A DNA stretch of 42,650 bases from a virus (lineage: Duplodnaviria; Caudoviricetes), in IMG/VR virus record IMGVR_UViG_3300025018_000039, positions 1-42,650 of that record. One strand, written 5' to 3'. The notes below the pieces were generated by a model, which saw nothing but the letters and a program-made list of their open reading frames with translations, was not told the DNA's origin and did not search any database. Position 1 is the first letter of the stretch. Each line of letters begins with the position of its first letter. A program made the translations under genes and the position numbers. Of this stretch, positions 17,301 to 27,311 are shown piece by piece.

Positions 17301-18728
17301 ATTAGCTTGTTCTACAGGCATGGTTAAACGAGCAACGTCTTTAATAGACCTATCACCTTCTGAATAACCAGCACTAATCTTTTGCATGATTGTAGCTTTG
17401 GAAGGGAGGTTGTAGTGTCCAATACTAGTATCGTCACTAGGTGGGTTCAGTATATTACCAATTCGACTTTCTATGCTTCTATAAACTTTGTACCCACCTA
17501 GAGTAACAGCTAATGCAATTGCACCTGCTTGCCAAGGTTCTAGTTCTATACTAGGCACTTCGTCGTCTACAGGTTCAAGTGGAGAATTAGCACTAAGTCT
17601 GTCTGCTGTCTTTTGATCTTTGTACTCTGGTGTCTTGTCTTGTACATCACCCATTGCTATAGCTGTGTTTGTCTGTATCTCTTTCAACATACGTGCAGCT
17701 TCGCCATCTGGGATTGTAACTCCCATAAGCATACGACTTAGACGTTGAATGTCTGGTACAGTAGTATAGATACCTTTCTTCTCTATAGCACGTTGGAAGG
17801 CTTCTGCATCTTCTGGTGCAACTACAACTTCAACAGGTTGGAAGGTTCTATCTGCAACCATCTGGTCACGCATAGCAACTTGTTCAGTCAGTTTGTTTAA
17901 GTCGTACTCATAGCCTTGTTGGTCCATCATTGCAGCAAGTTCTTCTACAGGATAGCCTTTATTGAAGTACGTAGTAAATACAGTCTGTAACTCTTTGGGA
18001 TAAAAGTCACCCTCTGGCTTTGCTACTGTAGAAGAGTTAGCTAAGTAATCAATAACACCATTATAAACATCATTCTCTTCGTACTCGTCTACATCACGTA
18101 GCACACCATCCACTGTCTCTTGAATACCGATACCGAACGCTTGGTTAGCAGGTACAGCTACAGACAGCTTAGTATTACGCAGTGGAACAGCGAGTTCAAA
18201 GACAACTTTGTTTACACCGTTTACAGTTTTGCCTACAACACCTAAACTCTTTAGTTTGGTAGAAGCTGCATCTATCGCTCTGCCCGGCGCACCAATCTTT
18301 CCCACTCGTGGAACTTTAGCAGGTACAACTAATCCACCACCAATTTCTGTTGCAAGTTGCAGTGCGTTCTCTGCATTGTTAATGCCAAAATCTTCGTTGA
18401 TACGATCATTAGCTGCACCAAGACGTTCTACACTCTTAGCAACATATCCGTTAGGATCAAGAGGATCAGTAGCTTCATAACCTAAAGCTGTTCTGCCAAG
18501 GTCTAATCCCATCTTACCTAAATTAATAGTAGCACCGAGTTGATCTACAATAGCAGGTCTGTACTTTTTGCCTTCTATTAGTTTATCTTCTTCTGACTGC
18601 GTACTAGCAACAGTAGACATAAGCAAGCCTTTAAGAAACAAACCTCCGTACTGTTGTGCAGTAGAAGGCTCTTCTTTAACTGGCTTTGCAGGTGGAATTA
18701 TACTTGAAACTGTTTGCTTTTCAGGCAC
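14325..18728 (-). CDS. Large internal virion / ejection protein (LPD38-associated-like)
   Basis: 1467 aa, last late gene, Ala/Gly-rich helical; NSTVLYHNIAVQE segment resembles large polyvalent ejection proteins. Confidence 0.65.
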   Translation of the reverse strand: MPEKQTVSSIIPPAKPVKEEPSTAQQYGGLFLKGLLMSTVASTQSEEDKLIEGKKYRPAIVDQLGATINLGKMGLDLGRTALGYEATDPLDPNGYVAKSVERLGAANDRINEDFGINNAENALQLATEIGGGLVVPAKVPRVGKIGAPGRAIDAASTKLKSLGVVGKTVNGVNKVVFELAVPLRNTKLSVAVPANQAFGIGIQETVDGVLRDVDEYEENDVYNGVIDYLANSSTVAKPEGDFYPKELQTVFTTYFNKGYPVEELAAMMDQQGYEYDLNKLTEQVAMRDQMVADRTFQPVEVVVAPEDAEAFQRAIEKKGIYTTVPDIQRLSRMLMGVTIPDGEAARMLKEIQTNTAIAMGDVQDKTPEYKDQKTADRLSANSPLEPVDDEVPSIELEPWQAGAIALAVTLGGYKVYRSIESRIGNILNPPSDDTSIGHYNLPSKATIMQKISAGYSEGDRSIKDVARLTMPVEQANEIIATKNLVNNAGAIGAKTSHVLKTGEFPNSSVRARPIGPLMESYGKNLTPQQKQVLNDALTAATALDDRKQVGYKASAAFTTKSTTELQARVNLAIADPQLKQHLEGTQGVYADTLKYLHNMNMISTADYNKIRAESPNYAPLKKNATVEGLEPKEAKNTEIPGDGAIEGLYSRSKNEDYSSVQDGEAFSPIEYIPTMVTKAVKAAEENKFRHDFLSRIDPSFTVKDSLGNNIPIIRKLPVKSASKVKDKEKAIATYSGDGEVTYWQINQGDLYEALKFSPKQVDEVFNTMRSVQQTFTTGVGNLAGYFRMAISPFFDSQTAIVARPTGTQLGLFSELFNKMGIGTKVAGVDLTALDPSAHVAFLTGGIRGLQADIAGAMANAMTSGMMRRGGVIKDALDTKGAIALRDVLQKHYDMSIRAMIDAEGASSASGLGSGLEHKVDIGLEGIAPDLAKQIALRDVKEATGAFDTMLKASKVPLVYAKAGSIGRTYNMLLRNLQDGTRIQYVAANMPNVKNVSDYKTLMGRARAIVADPAQSGKGTVTTKLNSTVLYHNIAVQEAATYAAKMKADPVGFLTNLTAGILYPAIALHYAPLVMGDEEAVAKNDSRNPAQKGTSITTFGGVEIPVNPSMRVMIGPIINTLDQLMMAPDGTIDPNFAKLIIDWFEDDIPEGNIENAQAAVGQAARSGLTMLAPTGDGSAIPLANTVASLANVDLPASMMFDEAVSPRTAGERNPLAGEGELTDSMFTAYWKNVVSSTIGAGAETGMMILDDIHRATNPDKFTGKQPTSWAGGLRIGQSRVLDAVTSMNSPLEGLMPQATQDHSIYGPDFQIVKDKQNALDNLRNSFNRNIRDAGFTGVSTASGKNKNMPSVVEQDLPDLSGTALDWLGQQVLGEKSTYGLTTKLNKWDKQYSNLTAQMQDVKNSKVTTIQERNRAINEINVKRLAVIEAKRMLIADVENKLRPTLGDGFTFNNLTPKYLEELAKTPLP

Positions 18729-18729
18729 A

Positions 18730-19557
18730 CTACTGTCCGATCCTGATATTAGACGGGAAAGTTACCAATCCCGTTCCTCTTGCATCACTGTCATCATCGT
18801 CAGCACTCTTAGAGCCTCTTGCAGCAGGAGGCTTGTTTGCATTAATCATTGCAGCATCACTACGTTTCATGTTTGCTTGTGCAGACAGCATGGCTGCTTG
18901 TGCTTTAAGCCAGTCAACTTGTTCAGCAGGAGTTTTACCACTCTGATCGAGTAGAGACTTAAGATCAATACCTTGTTCTGCAAACGTAGGAGTTAGCAAG
19001 TCAACTAGACTGTTAAGACCTACTTGTACACCTGCTTGGTTAAGCTTCTCTGTACCAGTTGCAATGGTTTCAAAGTTCTTAGCATCTGTAGTATTCTGAT
19101 CGTTGACTTGTTTGTTAGTAATCGTGTCTTGGTTAAGAATACCAAATATATCACCTGCACCAGCGATGCCAGCGTTAGCATCATCAGCAGCGTTATCTAG
19201 GGTTTTGCCTACCATTTCAGTAGTACCAGCACGGTTGTTAGCTATAGCTGTTTCTTCCTGCGCTCTTGCTAGCTGATCTGCATAAGCTTCTTGACCTTCA
19301 TTAGCAGCCATCTTAAGCCCTGCTAAGTGTCCACCACCAAAGTAAGGGTCTTGTGACCTTGCAGCTACAGCACCATAGTAAGCATTAGTAGGGATACTAG
19401 CAAATGCTCCACTTGGTTCTGGTTGTGCAGTAGGTCTAGTAGCACCTAGATTATTAGGATCAACTACAGGAGCAGGAGGCATGACGCCTTCAAACTGTCC
19501 TGCACCTTGTTGTTGTAGTTGTGCAATAGCTTGTGCTAGCATAGGGCTTACGGCCAT
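18730..19557 (-). CDS. Putative internal virion protein
   Basis: A/Q/G-rich helical sequence; position in the ejection cluster. Confidence 0.6.
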   Translation of the reverse strand: MAVSPMLAQAIAQLQQQGAGQFEGVMPPAPVVDPNNLGATRPTAQPEPSGAFASIPTNAYYGAVAARSQDPYFGGGHLAGLKMAANEGQEAYADQLARAQEETAIANNRAGTTEMVGKTLDNAADDANAGIAGAGDIFGILNQDTITNKQVNDQNTTDAKNFETIATGTEKLNQAGVQVGLNSLVDLLTPTFAEQGIDLKSLLDQSGKTPAEQVDWLKAQAAMLSAQANMKRSDAAMINANKPPAARGSKSADDDDSDARGTGLVTFPSNIRIGQ

Positions 19558-19558
19558 G

Positions 19559-20521
19559 TTATCCTCCTGCTGGTATCATTGAACCTAGAGCATCAATGGC
19601 TTTACCAAACCTATTGTTTACTCTAGAATTATTATAGTCTTGGTAAGCACCACGCATACCAGCAGCAGCACTACCTATGTTAGCAGCAGCACCAGCAGTA
19701 CCACCCATAGCAACACTCTTCTTGTCAAGATCAAGTTTCTGTTGATCCAAGATACCAGCAGTAGCCATATCTGCATAAGGTGCGGGAGTATAACCTACAT
19801 CTTTGTAGTCATTAGCTAGATCACTAAACAATGCTTGTTCTTGCATAAGGTTTTGGCGTCTACCTGTATTAATACCTTCTGCCATAGTAAGCCCTTCTAT
19901 ATTAGGAGAGCCTCTAGTTAACGCAATCTGTTTAGCACGTTCTTGAGCAAGTCGAGTCAGACTGTCTCCAATAGCAGCATTACCTGTACGTTGTCCTAAT
20001 ATACTGGCATTGCGTGCAGCTTCATCAAAACCGGCATTAACAGCCGCAGTACGATCAAGTCCTAGTTGCGAACCAATTTGGTCTCCACTAACTTTACCAA
20101 TACCTGCATCGAAGTTCCGGCTTCTTGCTCTAGCACTGTCAAGATCAACATTGTCTTGTTGCCTGTTACGTTCGCTATCTTGCAAACCTTGGCGTCTAAT
20201 AGCTTGATCTAGAGTAAGTCTAGCAAGTTCTTCATTGTCAGAAGCACCTTGTATACCTTGTCTTACAGGTCCAAGCGATGCACTAGCAGCACCCGTTTCA
20301 GGATCGTACTGTACACCACCACCGTAGGTATCAGTAAAACCCCCTTGCTGTGCAAGTACTTGGTCACTAATCTGTTTTAGGTATTCACTATACTTCTTCT
20401 GTTCTTCAAAAGACTCACGCTGTAAAGCTAGTGCTTCTCTATTGGTTTTGTTTTGTTTCCCACTATCAATAAAGCCAGCTACAGTGCTAGCAATACCTGG
20501 GATTATACTTAGCAGGCTCAT
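19559..20521 (-). CDS. Putative DNA ejection/pilot protein
   Basis: Hydrophobic Gly-rich N-terminus followed by Q/A coiled coil, like P22 gp7-type proteins. Confidence 0.6.
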   Translation of the reverse strand: MSLLSIIPGIASTVAGFIDSGKQNKTNREALALQRESFEEQKKYSEYLKQISDQVLAQQGGFTDTYGGGVQYDPETGAASASLGPVRQGIQGASDNEELARLTLDQAIRRQGLQDSERNRQQDNVDLDSARARSRNFDAGIGKVSGDQIGSQLGLDRTAAVNAGFDEAARNASILGQRTGNAAIGDSLTRLAQERAKQIALTRGSPNIEGLTMAEGINTGRRQNLMQEQALFSDLANDYKDVGYTPAPYADMATAGILDQQKLDLDKKSVAMGGTAGAAANIGSAAAGMRGAYQDYNNSRVNNRFGKAIDALGSMIPAGG

Positions 20522-21465
20522 TAGAACGCTCCTGTATTGCCAAGACCACGGCCTTGTGTATCTCTACGATTACGCTCTTTGACAGCAGTAGCTAAGTCTG
20601 TGTCTCTAAGGTTCAGTGCACCTTGGGCTTGTCCAGCTTTGTTGTTTAATGCACCGAAGTCGAATAGGTTTGTGTTGCCAAATGCTCCTTTAAGATCACC
20701 AGCAGCGTACTTGTTAGCATCTTCAATAACGCTCTGGCCTCGCTCTACATAAGGATCAATCTGAAAAGGTCTGTTCTGGTCTACAGTTGAAGCTGCACCA
20801 TAAGCATCGTCTCTAACTGTATTAGCACGAGACTGGTACTTATCTAATACCCCTCTAGCCATTTCAGCAAGACTCGATCTACCTGCATCTGCGCTATTAC
20901 CAATCGTTTTTAATCCTGCATCGAAACCAATATCATTGTAGATGCCTCTAGCTTTACCTCTTTCAAGATAACTCTGTGCATTGTTTTGTTGTTCAGCAAG
21001 CAAATTGTTGATCGTATCATCTAAGAAATTGTCACTAATACTACGATCACCATAGTTGTAACCAAATGTTTGATCTACAAGACCTAAAGCTTGCTTACGC
21101 AATGTTTCTGCGTCCATTACAGGAGAACTCTGTTGTGGTACTACTGGTACAGGAGCGGGTGTTGTTACTGGCTGTGCAGTTGTTTGTGCTTGTCCAGTAG
21201 CAGCCGCAGGATTAATTGCAGCACCAGTTGGAAGTTGCATAGTACCTATATTGTTTTGCGTCATAGGGTCTATTGCAGCTTGTACAACATCATTAGCAGT
21301 CATCATAGGATTAGCTGTAAAGTTTGGAGAGTTTGTAAAGTTCATACCAACTCTGTCACCAAACGTAGGTGTAGACCAACCATCAACGTTATTATACGTT
21401 TGGTTCTGTCTGTTGTAATTTAACAAGTCGCCGTAGTTTAGTGGAGTTCTTCTGTATTCTGCCAT
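20521..21465 (-). CDS. Putative internal virion protein
   Basis: AAGGA RBS; N/Q/A-rich; first gene after the internal promoter. Confidence 0.6.
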   Translation of the reverse strand: MAEYRRTPLNYGDLLNYNRQNQTYNNVDGWSTPTFGDRVGMNFTNSPNFTANPMMTANDVVQAAIDPMTQNNIGTMQLPTGAAINPAAATGQAQTTAQPVTTPAPVPVVPQQSSPVMDAETLRKQALGLVDQTFGYNYGDRSISDNFLDDTINNLLAEQQNNAQSYLERGKARGIYNDIGFDAGLKTIGNSADAGRSSLAEMARGVLDKYQSRANTVRDDAYGAASTVDQNRPFQIDPYVERGQSVIEDANKYAAGDLKGAFGNTNLFDFGALNNKAGQAQGALNLRDTDLATAVKERNRRDTQGRGLGNTGAF

Positions 21466-21491
21466 GTCATTTCCTTAACATGATTTAAGGT

Positions 21492-21520
21492 ATTGTACAC
21501 CATCTTTTGAGCCTTGTCAA
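21492..21520 (-). promoter_or_regulatory. Internal late sigma70 promoter
   Basis: Minus strand TTGACA-N17-TACAAT in the gap upstream of 21465. Confidence 0.75.
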
Positions 21521-21557
21521 TAGGACCACGTTGAGAACATGGATGTACATCTGCAAT

Positions 21558-21827
21558 TTAATCTTGTTGATCCTCACAAATAGCACGATACGTAGCGTTG
21601 TATTCTTGTATATCTTCGACTGTTTCGATTGTATCGTACTTATTGGTTGCATCGTCACTTCCCTCTGTAGGTTGGATTGAGTATTTAATTTCCTTAAAAC
21701 CAACTAAACAAGCGTTACTGATTGGGACAATCTTGAGGGTTTCTCGCGTTCCGCAAGCACTCACTGTTCCTAACAGTAGGATCACGGTCAAGACTTTCCC
21801 TAGCTTTGTTTGCTTTTTTAACATCAT
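21558..21827 (-). CDS. Outer-membrane spanin (Rz1-like lipoprotein)
   Basis: Signal peptide with lipobox VSAC; GAGGAGG RBS; overlaps the i-spanin 3' end. Confidence 0.75.
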   Translation of the reverse strand: MMLKKQTKLGKVLTVILLLGTVSACGTRETLKIVPISNACLVGFKEIKYSIQPTEGSDDATNKYDTIETVEDIQEYNATYRAICEDQQD

Positions 21828-22017
21828 TAATTCCCTCCTCTTGTGCTTTGATTATAACTTCACTACGACCTACTTCTGTTGCTTCTTCAACTACTGTTGA
21901 TGTTAGATGCTTAATGGTAAAGATTGCTATGCCAATTATTACTGCAAGACCTAAACCTATAAACAGATACTTGCTGATCTTTAGACCACTAAAAAATGCT
22001 GCTATAGTACTAAACAT
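21715..22017 (-). CDS. Inner-membrane spanin (Rz-like)
   Basis: N-terminal TM, coiled coil, C-terminal cysteines. Confidence 0.75.
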   Translation of the reverse strand: MFSTIAAFFSGLKISKYLFIGLGLAVIIGIAIFTIKHLTSTVVEEATEVGRSEVIIKAQEEGINDVKKANKARESLDRDPTVRNSECLRNARNPQDCPNQ

Positions 22018-22019
22018 GA

Positions 22020-22313
22020 TTAATCCCTTTCTCCAATCTCATTGGTTGGTATTGGCTTGTTCTTTGGCTGGTCTATTTCAACATGGTTATTCTCTCTGTC
22101 CTTCTTTGTAAACCATGCTGCCATTGCAAGTCCTATAAGACCTTGTACCACGATTGCTTGTGCTAGTGTCTTGAACAAGTCATTTTCTGCTAAAGTACGG
22201 TCAGTTTTAATCATCCACAATACTGCAATAGTAAGAATGAATATCCCTGCACCTGCCACACCGTCAGCCCTAACACGAGAACATTGTTTATCTAAAAACT
22301 CCCAGAAGGTCAC
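22020..22313 (-). CDS. Putative holin (2 TM)
   Basis: Two TM segments and a charged C-tail, next to the endolysin. Confidence 0.6.
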   Translation of the reverse strand: MTFWEFLDKQCSRVRADGVAGAGIFILTIAVLWMIKTDRTLAENDLFKTLAQAIVVQGLIGLAMAAWFTKKDRENNHVEIDQPKNKPIPTNEIGERD

Positions 22314-22930
22314 GCTTCATTCCTACTTACTACACCGCCACTCATTTTAGGTAGATCAATATCTGGATTAGAAATGGTAGTAGGCCAACGTATAGCGATC
22401 TTACGAGACTTAGCTATAGGCATAATGTTCACAGCATTGCTTTGATTACCACCTAGCACGTAGTAGTTAGTAGCACTTTCACCTACTAGAAAGCCTACAT
22501 GACCTCCACCAGTACGACCAAACACAACTACAGCACCAATACAAGGAGTGCTAGTTTTGCCCCATGTTGCCCAAGACTTTGCTCTAGGAAACATTTTAGG
22601 GTAAGGCAATCCAGCTTGATCTATACAGTCTGCAACAAACAATCCACACCACGGAGTTTCATCATCTGTAAACCAACCAGCACCAAGACGTTTCCAACCA
22701 GCTACAATGTAAGGATTGTGTTTAGGACCAGGAATCTCTTTCATTCCCATCTGACTACGTGCAACTTGCAACCACTTAGGTTCTGTAAGTACAACTCCTG
22801 GATTAGATTTACTAAGTCCAATAGCCACAGCTTTAACTAAACCATTGTAGTTAGCTTGTGTAACTTTACCATTAAAGATAGGTACGTACTGTCTAACTGC
22901 ATCTGTGAATGTTTTATAGTTAAAAGCCAT
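22310..22930 (-). CDS. Endolysin, TIGR02594-family NlpC/P60-like
   Basis: DDETPWCGLFV, GGGHVGF, VLGGNQSNAV motifs. Confidence 0.85.
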   Translation of the reverse strand: MAFNYKTFTDAVRQYVPIFNGKVTQANYNGLVKAVAIGLSKSNPGVVLTEPKWLQVARSQMGMKEIPGPKHNPYIVAGWKRLGAGWFTDDETPWCGLFVADCIDQAGLPYPKMFPRAKSWATWGKTSTPCIGAVVVFGRTGGGHVGFLVGESATNYYVLGGNQSNAVNIMPIAKSRKIAIRWPTTISNPDIDLPKMSGGVVSRNEA

Positions 22931-22941
22931 ATCTTGTGTCC

Positions 22942-23280
22942 TTAGTTATACTGATCGTTTACCTTATCTCTTGGAACATAACCATGTTCTTCACGTAGAA
23001 ATTCTTGAAGGTCTTGAATGTCGTGAGAAGTGTCGTTGATAAACTTTCTACGTTGTACGAGTACTTTTGCATGTTCATCTACTTTCTGTACAGCTTGGTT
23101 TAACTGATAGTAGAAAGCACCACCTACAACTAGAACAGGAAACCCATTGATAAGAATACCTATAACTACCCAATACTTTAGTCCTAATATAGCATGGTCT
23201 ACAGCTGCGTTTACAATCTCACTTACATCCCTTCTACTCAATGAAAACGTACCTTCAATCTCTTTATGCTGTTCCGTCAT
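22942..23280 (-). CDS. Membrane protein, holin/antiholin candidate
   Basis: Central TM then coiled coil; ATGA overlap start at 23280. Confidence 0.5.
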   Translation of the reverse strand: MTEQHKEIEGTFSLSRRDVSEIVNAAVDHAILGLKYWVVIGILINGFPVLVVGGAFYYQLNQAVQKVDEHAKVLVQRRKFINDTSHDIQDLQEFLREEHGYVPRDKVNDQYN

Positions 23281-23747
23281 GCTGTATTGAACCAATCTAT
23301 TGCTGCATCCACTATTACTTCTACTGTAATGTCACCATCTACAACTGTACACTTCCAAGTAGAATTATAGGCCAACTCTGCAAAAGCTGTAGCAACTGTA
23401 AAAGCTGTAGCATTAGTAGAAGGTGAAGTTGCAGTCCAAGCCCCTCTGTTATAACTTACTAGTGACCAAGCAAACGTTTCTGATCCACTACCACCTACTA
23501 CAGTTATAGTACAAATGGCTGTATTAATTGGACCACCACTTGATGATGCACCCGAACCACTGCCATAGAAATAAGTAGCATTAGGAGTAGCACTAAAGTA
23601 GATAAATACTTCTCTATCTACTCCACTACTGTCTCTAACAATGATCTTTTGAACAAGACGATCAGTACCACTGCTATCCATTATATAGCACTTTGTGATG
23701 GTACGGTCAGTATTGCCGCTATCATTTATGTGTGTAATTGCTGTCAT
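23277..23747 (-). CDS. Tail fibre tip / adhesin-associated protein
   Basis: Repeated DSSGTDR N-terminal motif; S/T/G-rich beta domain; follows the fibre gene. Confidence 0.55.
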   Translation of the reverse strand: MTAITHINDSGNTDRTITKCYIMDSSGTDRLVQKIIVRDSSGVDREVFIYFSATPNATYFYGSGSGASSSGGPINTAICTITVVGGSGSETFAWSLVSYNRGAWTATSPSTNATAFTVATAFAELAYNSTWKCTVVDGDITVEVIVDAAIDWFNTA

Positions 23748-23748
23748 A

Positions 23749-24999
23749 TCAGTACAAGTAGGTAACGTCTCCTGCGACTACATTTTGTGAACCACTAGCA
23801 CTAGCTGCTATGCGTATTCTAGGCGCTATCATTGCAGATTGTGCGTAACATGGGTAAGCACCGAAAGTATCTCGTTTAATCTCGCCTGTAAAGGTCTCAC
23901 CTGCAACACCTGCTGCACCTAAATTAGTTCTAGCTGCTGCCGCTGTGCTTGCTCCTGTACCACCGTTAGTAACAGTAAGATCAGCACCAGTCCAGTTAGC
24001 GTCATTGATATTGTTTAATGTAGCTATAGTGCCTAAACCTAGATTGGTTCTAGCGTCTCCTGCATTAACTGCACCTGTGCCACCATTGGCAACTGGAATT
24101 GTACCAGTAATGGAAGTTGCTGGCATGGCTGTAGGAGTTAGTGTACCTACTACAGTCATGTTGCCAGTGAACAGTGACGCACCTGTAACTTCAAAAACTG
24201 TTGTAGGAGTTGCTGTATTAATACCAGTCCTGTTGTTAGCTACATCATAAAAGATACCTGCACTTGCTGTAGCTGGTTTACCAATCTGTACTACATTAGT
24301 AGAAGCTACCTCTCTAATACCAAAGTCAGAAGCACCACTTAAATTGCCAAACAGACCTTTAGTACTTACAAGATCAAGTACAAATTCTTCTTCGTGTATA
24401 AAAGTCATTGTGCCATTTATATGACTATAGACAATTCCTGCTACATTGGCATCTTCTGGATCACCAAAGTTGATACTTGCTACTACATTGTTAGGTGTGA
24501 GTATAGAAATACCTGTTGCAACATCAGAAGAGATAATCAATCCATCTGCATCTGCATCTGCTGTAGCGCCACTACCACCACCTTGTGTAATGCTAATAGG
24601 ACCAAACTTATTTAGCCTCTCTACAAGGTTGAAGTTAGTACCGTCATAAATAACCCTAGCAACCATACCTGCAACAAGTTCACCACCTATTGCATCTTCA
24701 CCAAGTAGCTTAAGTGTCTTAGCACCTAGACCATCACAGTTGATAGTTACTGAACCTGTATTCGTAGTAGAAACCAAAAACAGAATATGTAAACCAGAAG
24801 TGTATACTACGTTAGGAGTATAATCTAGTGTGATCGCATCAGCAGTACCACCAGCAATGGTAAAAGGAAGATCGTTAAAGGAACCACTAAGGATAGCATC
24901 TACAATTCTCCAGTTGGCCCACTCGTCATCATGCCAATTAGGACTATTAAAATCAATGAGACGAAGCCCATAGTTATCTGTATAAGCGTTAATGCTCAT
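23749..24999 (-). CDS. Tail fibre protein
   Basis: [16 protein letters not shown] and two NGGTGA...ARTNLG fibre repeats. Confidence 0.8.
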   Translation of the reverse strand: MSINAYTDNYGLRLIDFNSPNWHDDEWANWRIVDAILSGSFNDLPFTIAGGTADAITLDYTPNVVYTSGLHILFLVSTTNTGSVTINCDGLGAKTLKLLGEDAIGGELVAGMVARVIYDGTNFNLVERLNKFGPISITQGGGSGATADADADGLIISSDVATGISILTPNNVVASINFGDPEDANVAGIVYSHINGTMTFIHEEEFVLDLVSTKGLFGNLSGASDFGIREVASTNVVQIGKPATASAGIFYDVANNRTGINTATPTTVFEVTGASLFTGNMTVVGTLTPTAMPATSITGTIPVANGGTGAVNAGDARTNLGLGTIATLNNINDANWTGADLTVTNGGTGASTAAAARTNLGAAGVAGETFTGEIKRDTFGAYPCYAQSAMIAPRIRIAASASGSQNVVAGDVTYLY

Positions 25000-26630
25000 G
25001 CTCTAATACCTTTACTAAAGTAGTGCATAGTGATACCGACAAAACCTAGTTTCTGTTTAAGTGTTCCAGATACTTTAAGTTTGCCTATCTCGAACTTAGC
25101 TGGCCAAGCATACAGTTTCTTGTAACTTGTGTTACGGCCCCCACCATATACTTGTTCACCGTCACCAAACAGACCTTGTTCACCACCACTAAATCCCATA
25201 GACAAACTAGAAGTTCGAAAGTTATCTACAAACATTTCTAGTGTAAACTCTCCATCCCCTCTAGTATCAAGACTAATGTATCTAGACGACTTTGTTAAGG
25301 CTCTGTTACCTATATCCAACCAAGGAGTAGCCCAACTAAAACTGATTGCATCCCCATCTGGATTAGGATCATCACTGATAGTGTCGATAAAATCGGCGTA
25401 GATAGGATTAGTTTTACTTCCATAAAGCCAGATGTTTCCATCAGCATCGCCAAAAAATATGTTGCCCAAGAGTGATCTACATCCACAATTAAAATTCCAT
25501 CCTGTAAAGATTGTCCAAGCACTTTGCCGAATAGCTGGTTTATAATGATACACATAACAACGTGTAGATGATAAGTCTGCATTAGGTACAAAAAGCATGT
25601 AATGTCCTTGTTTAGGATCATACACCCTAAATACAGCTTCATCCAGTTGTGCTTCTGTAAGTAGTGAGAGTTGGCCAACTACATCTGGATCAATCAATTC
25701 ACTAACACGTTCAGGTTTGAAACTGGTAGACAGTACTGTTCTCTTGATGCTAGGTACACCATACTGATCCACTAATAGCCCGTCATCACCACTAGCAACT
25801 GCTGCTCTGTGGGCTACACAGCCATACCCTTCGATCGTATCTACTAGAATAGGTTCATGGTTCCCATCTGCATCGTAATTGCCCAATTCATACACAACAG
25901 TACCTTCTGCAAACAGTACAAGTAAGCGGTTACGAAAGGACATGATGCCTCTAATAACTGCTCCACGAGCAAGACTGTCTACATCAAACCTAGTTGCATC
26001 ATTAGGTGGAGGATCACCAAACCAAGTTCCAGGAGCGTTACGTGCAGATATATGTACACGGCGTGGGAATAAAGGATCACCTGCCATAACTAAGTAGTTA
26101 CCTACTACCGCAATGTATTTACATACAGGAATGTTAATGTTGGTTAATGTAGCTGCATCTTGTAAGTACGAGACAGATAAATTTTCATCTACTTCTAAAG
26201 GCTTGTCTATGCCATTTACTATGTGCATGTTACCTTGCATAGTTGCAAACGAAGCGAATGTAGTATCTCCCCATGCATTAGGGGAACCACTCAAAGCTGT
26301 TGCAATGGTTGTATTGAATATTTCATTGACTTCACCAGCACCATTTGTAGCTTGCACTGTTCCATCTGTAGTAACAGTAATAATGTTGTTGTTGAAGTAC
26401 TCCATGTTTACAAGAGTGCCATCTATCTCTGCAAACTTCTGTGTACCAAACCTTACGTCTACAGTACCATCTGCGTCAATGATTACATTCTCCATTTCAG
26501 TAGCAAACTTAGGAGACAAGTTCATGCTGTCATCAATAAGGTTCAAGCCACCACTTGCTCCACGTAGTGTGAAGTTCTGTAGTACTCGTGACTTATTGAT
26601 GCTAGTTAGCTTCATGGCCTTTCTGTCCAA
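24996..26630 (-). CDS. Tail nozzle / tubular protein B-like beta-propeller
   Basis: GGLN N-terminus, GCVAHRA motif, size and position typical of a podovirus nozzle. Confidence 0.7.
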   Translation of the reverse strand: MDRKAMKLTSINKSRVLQNFTLRGASGGLNLIDDSMNLSPKFATEMENVIIDADGTVDVRFGTQKFAEIDGTLVNMEYFNNNIITVTTDGTVQATNGAGEVNEIFNTTIATALSGSPNAWGDTTFASFATMQGNMHIVNGIDKPLEVDENLSVSYLQDAATLTNINIPVCKYIAVVGNYLVMAGDPLFPRRVHISARNAPGTWFGDPPPNDATRFDVDSLARGAVIRGIMSFRNRLLVLFAEGTVVYELGNYDADGNHEPILVDTIEGYGCVAHRAAVASGDDGLLVDQYGVPSIKRTVLSTSFKPERVSELIDPDVVGQLSLLTEAQLDEAVFRVYDPKQGHYMLFVPNADLSSTRCYVYHYKPAIRQSAWTIFTGWNFNCGCRSLLGNIFFGDADGNIWLYGSKTNPIYADFIDTISDDPNPDGDAISFSWATPWLDIGNRALTKSSRYISLDTRGDGEFTLEMFVDNFRTSSLSMGFSGGEQGLFGDGEQVYGGGRNTSYKKLYAWPAKFEIGKLKVSGTLKQKLGFVGITMHYFSKGIRA

Positions 26631-27262
26631 CCTCTAGGTATTTCATCCTGTTGGTTATCTAATTGTATAGGATGGTTGAAGGCAGAGTTATTAAGTTGTA
26701 AGTACCTACTGTTAAACAATGCTTGATGCTTATCAGCCGAAGCTTGCATTTCATCATCTACAAAGTACTGCCAACATGCAAAGTGTTTTAGTGCATCTTC
26801 ATCGAATGGGACTATATCAGTATTTACAAATTCGTCGTAAGACTTTCTGCCTACTATGAGTACATCACCTGTAGACTCTAGAGGATAAACTACAAACAGT
26901 TTGCCTTCTGTATCAGTTTGTTCTATAAATCTAGGGAAAGTACCTACAAGTCCTATAGTGTTAAATGCACTAGGAAGAACAGGTATAGGTCTTGAAGAGG
27001 TCGAAGGCATAACGTACTGAATATCATCGTATTCTGTAATGTCTGTTACATTTACTGTAACTTCACCACTTGTACCGTTAAGGGTTCTTACCTGCCTACG
27101 TTTATGTTGGGGCCAGAACTTTGCCTTATGAACATGCTTGAAAGCATTAATAATCATCTGTTGCAGAATTTCTTCTGAATACAACTGTACCTGTGGCCCT
27201 GCACTTTGGTACAGTTCTCTTTCTACTATGGTAGTAAGTTGTTCTAAAGTTTTATAGGCCAT
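26612..27262 (-). CDS. Head-tail adaptor (tubular protein A-like)
   Basis: AGGAG RBS; 216 aa, upstream of the nozzle gene. Confidence 0.65.
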   Translation of the reverse strand: MAYKTLEQLTTIVERELYQSAGPQVQLYSEEILQQMIINAFKHVHKAKFWPQHKRRQVRTLNGTSGEVTVNVTDITEYDDIQYVMPSTSSRPIPVLPSAFNTIGLVGTFPRFIEQTDTEGKLFVVYPLESTGDVLIVGRKSYDEFVNTDIVPFDEDALKHFACWQYFVDDEMQASADKHQALFNSRYLQLNNSAFNHPIQLDNQQDEIPRGWTERP

Positions 27263-27273
27263 AGTACACTCCT

Positions 27274-27311
27274 AAAGGGGTGCGACAGCGAGGACCAGAC
27301 TGCCGCACCCC
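27274..27311 (-). terminator. Leaky intrinsic terminator ending the capsid operon
   Basis: Minus strand GGGGTGCGGCAG-loop-CTGTCGCACCCC followed by only TTT. Confidence 0.65.

Noticed and set aside
14325-18728. Virion RNA polymerase
   Set aside because: No single-subunit or double-psi RNAP catalytic motifs seen; sigma70 promoters account for transcription.
23277-24999. Diversity-generating retroelement or invertible fibre cassette
   Set aside because: No reverse transcriptase, invertase or template/variable repeat pair seen.
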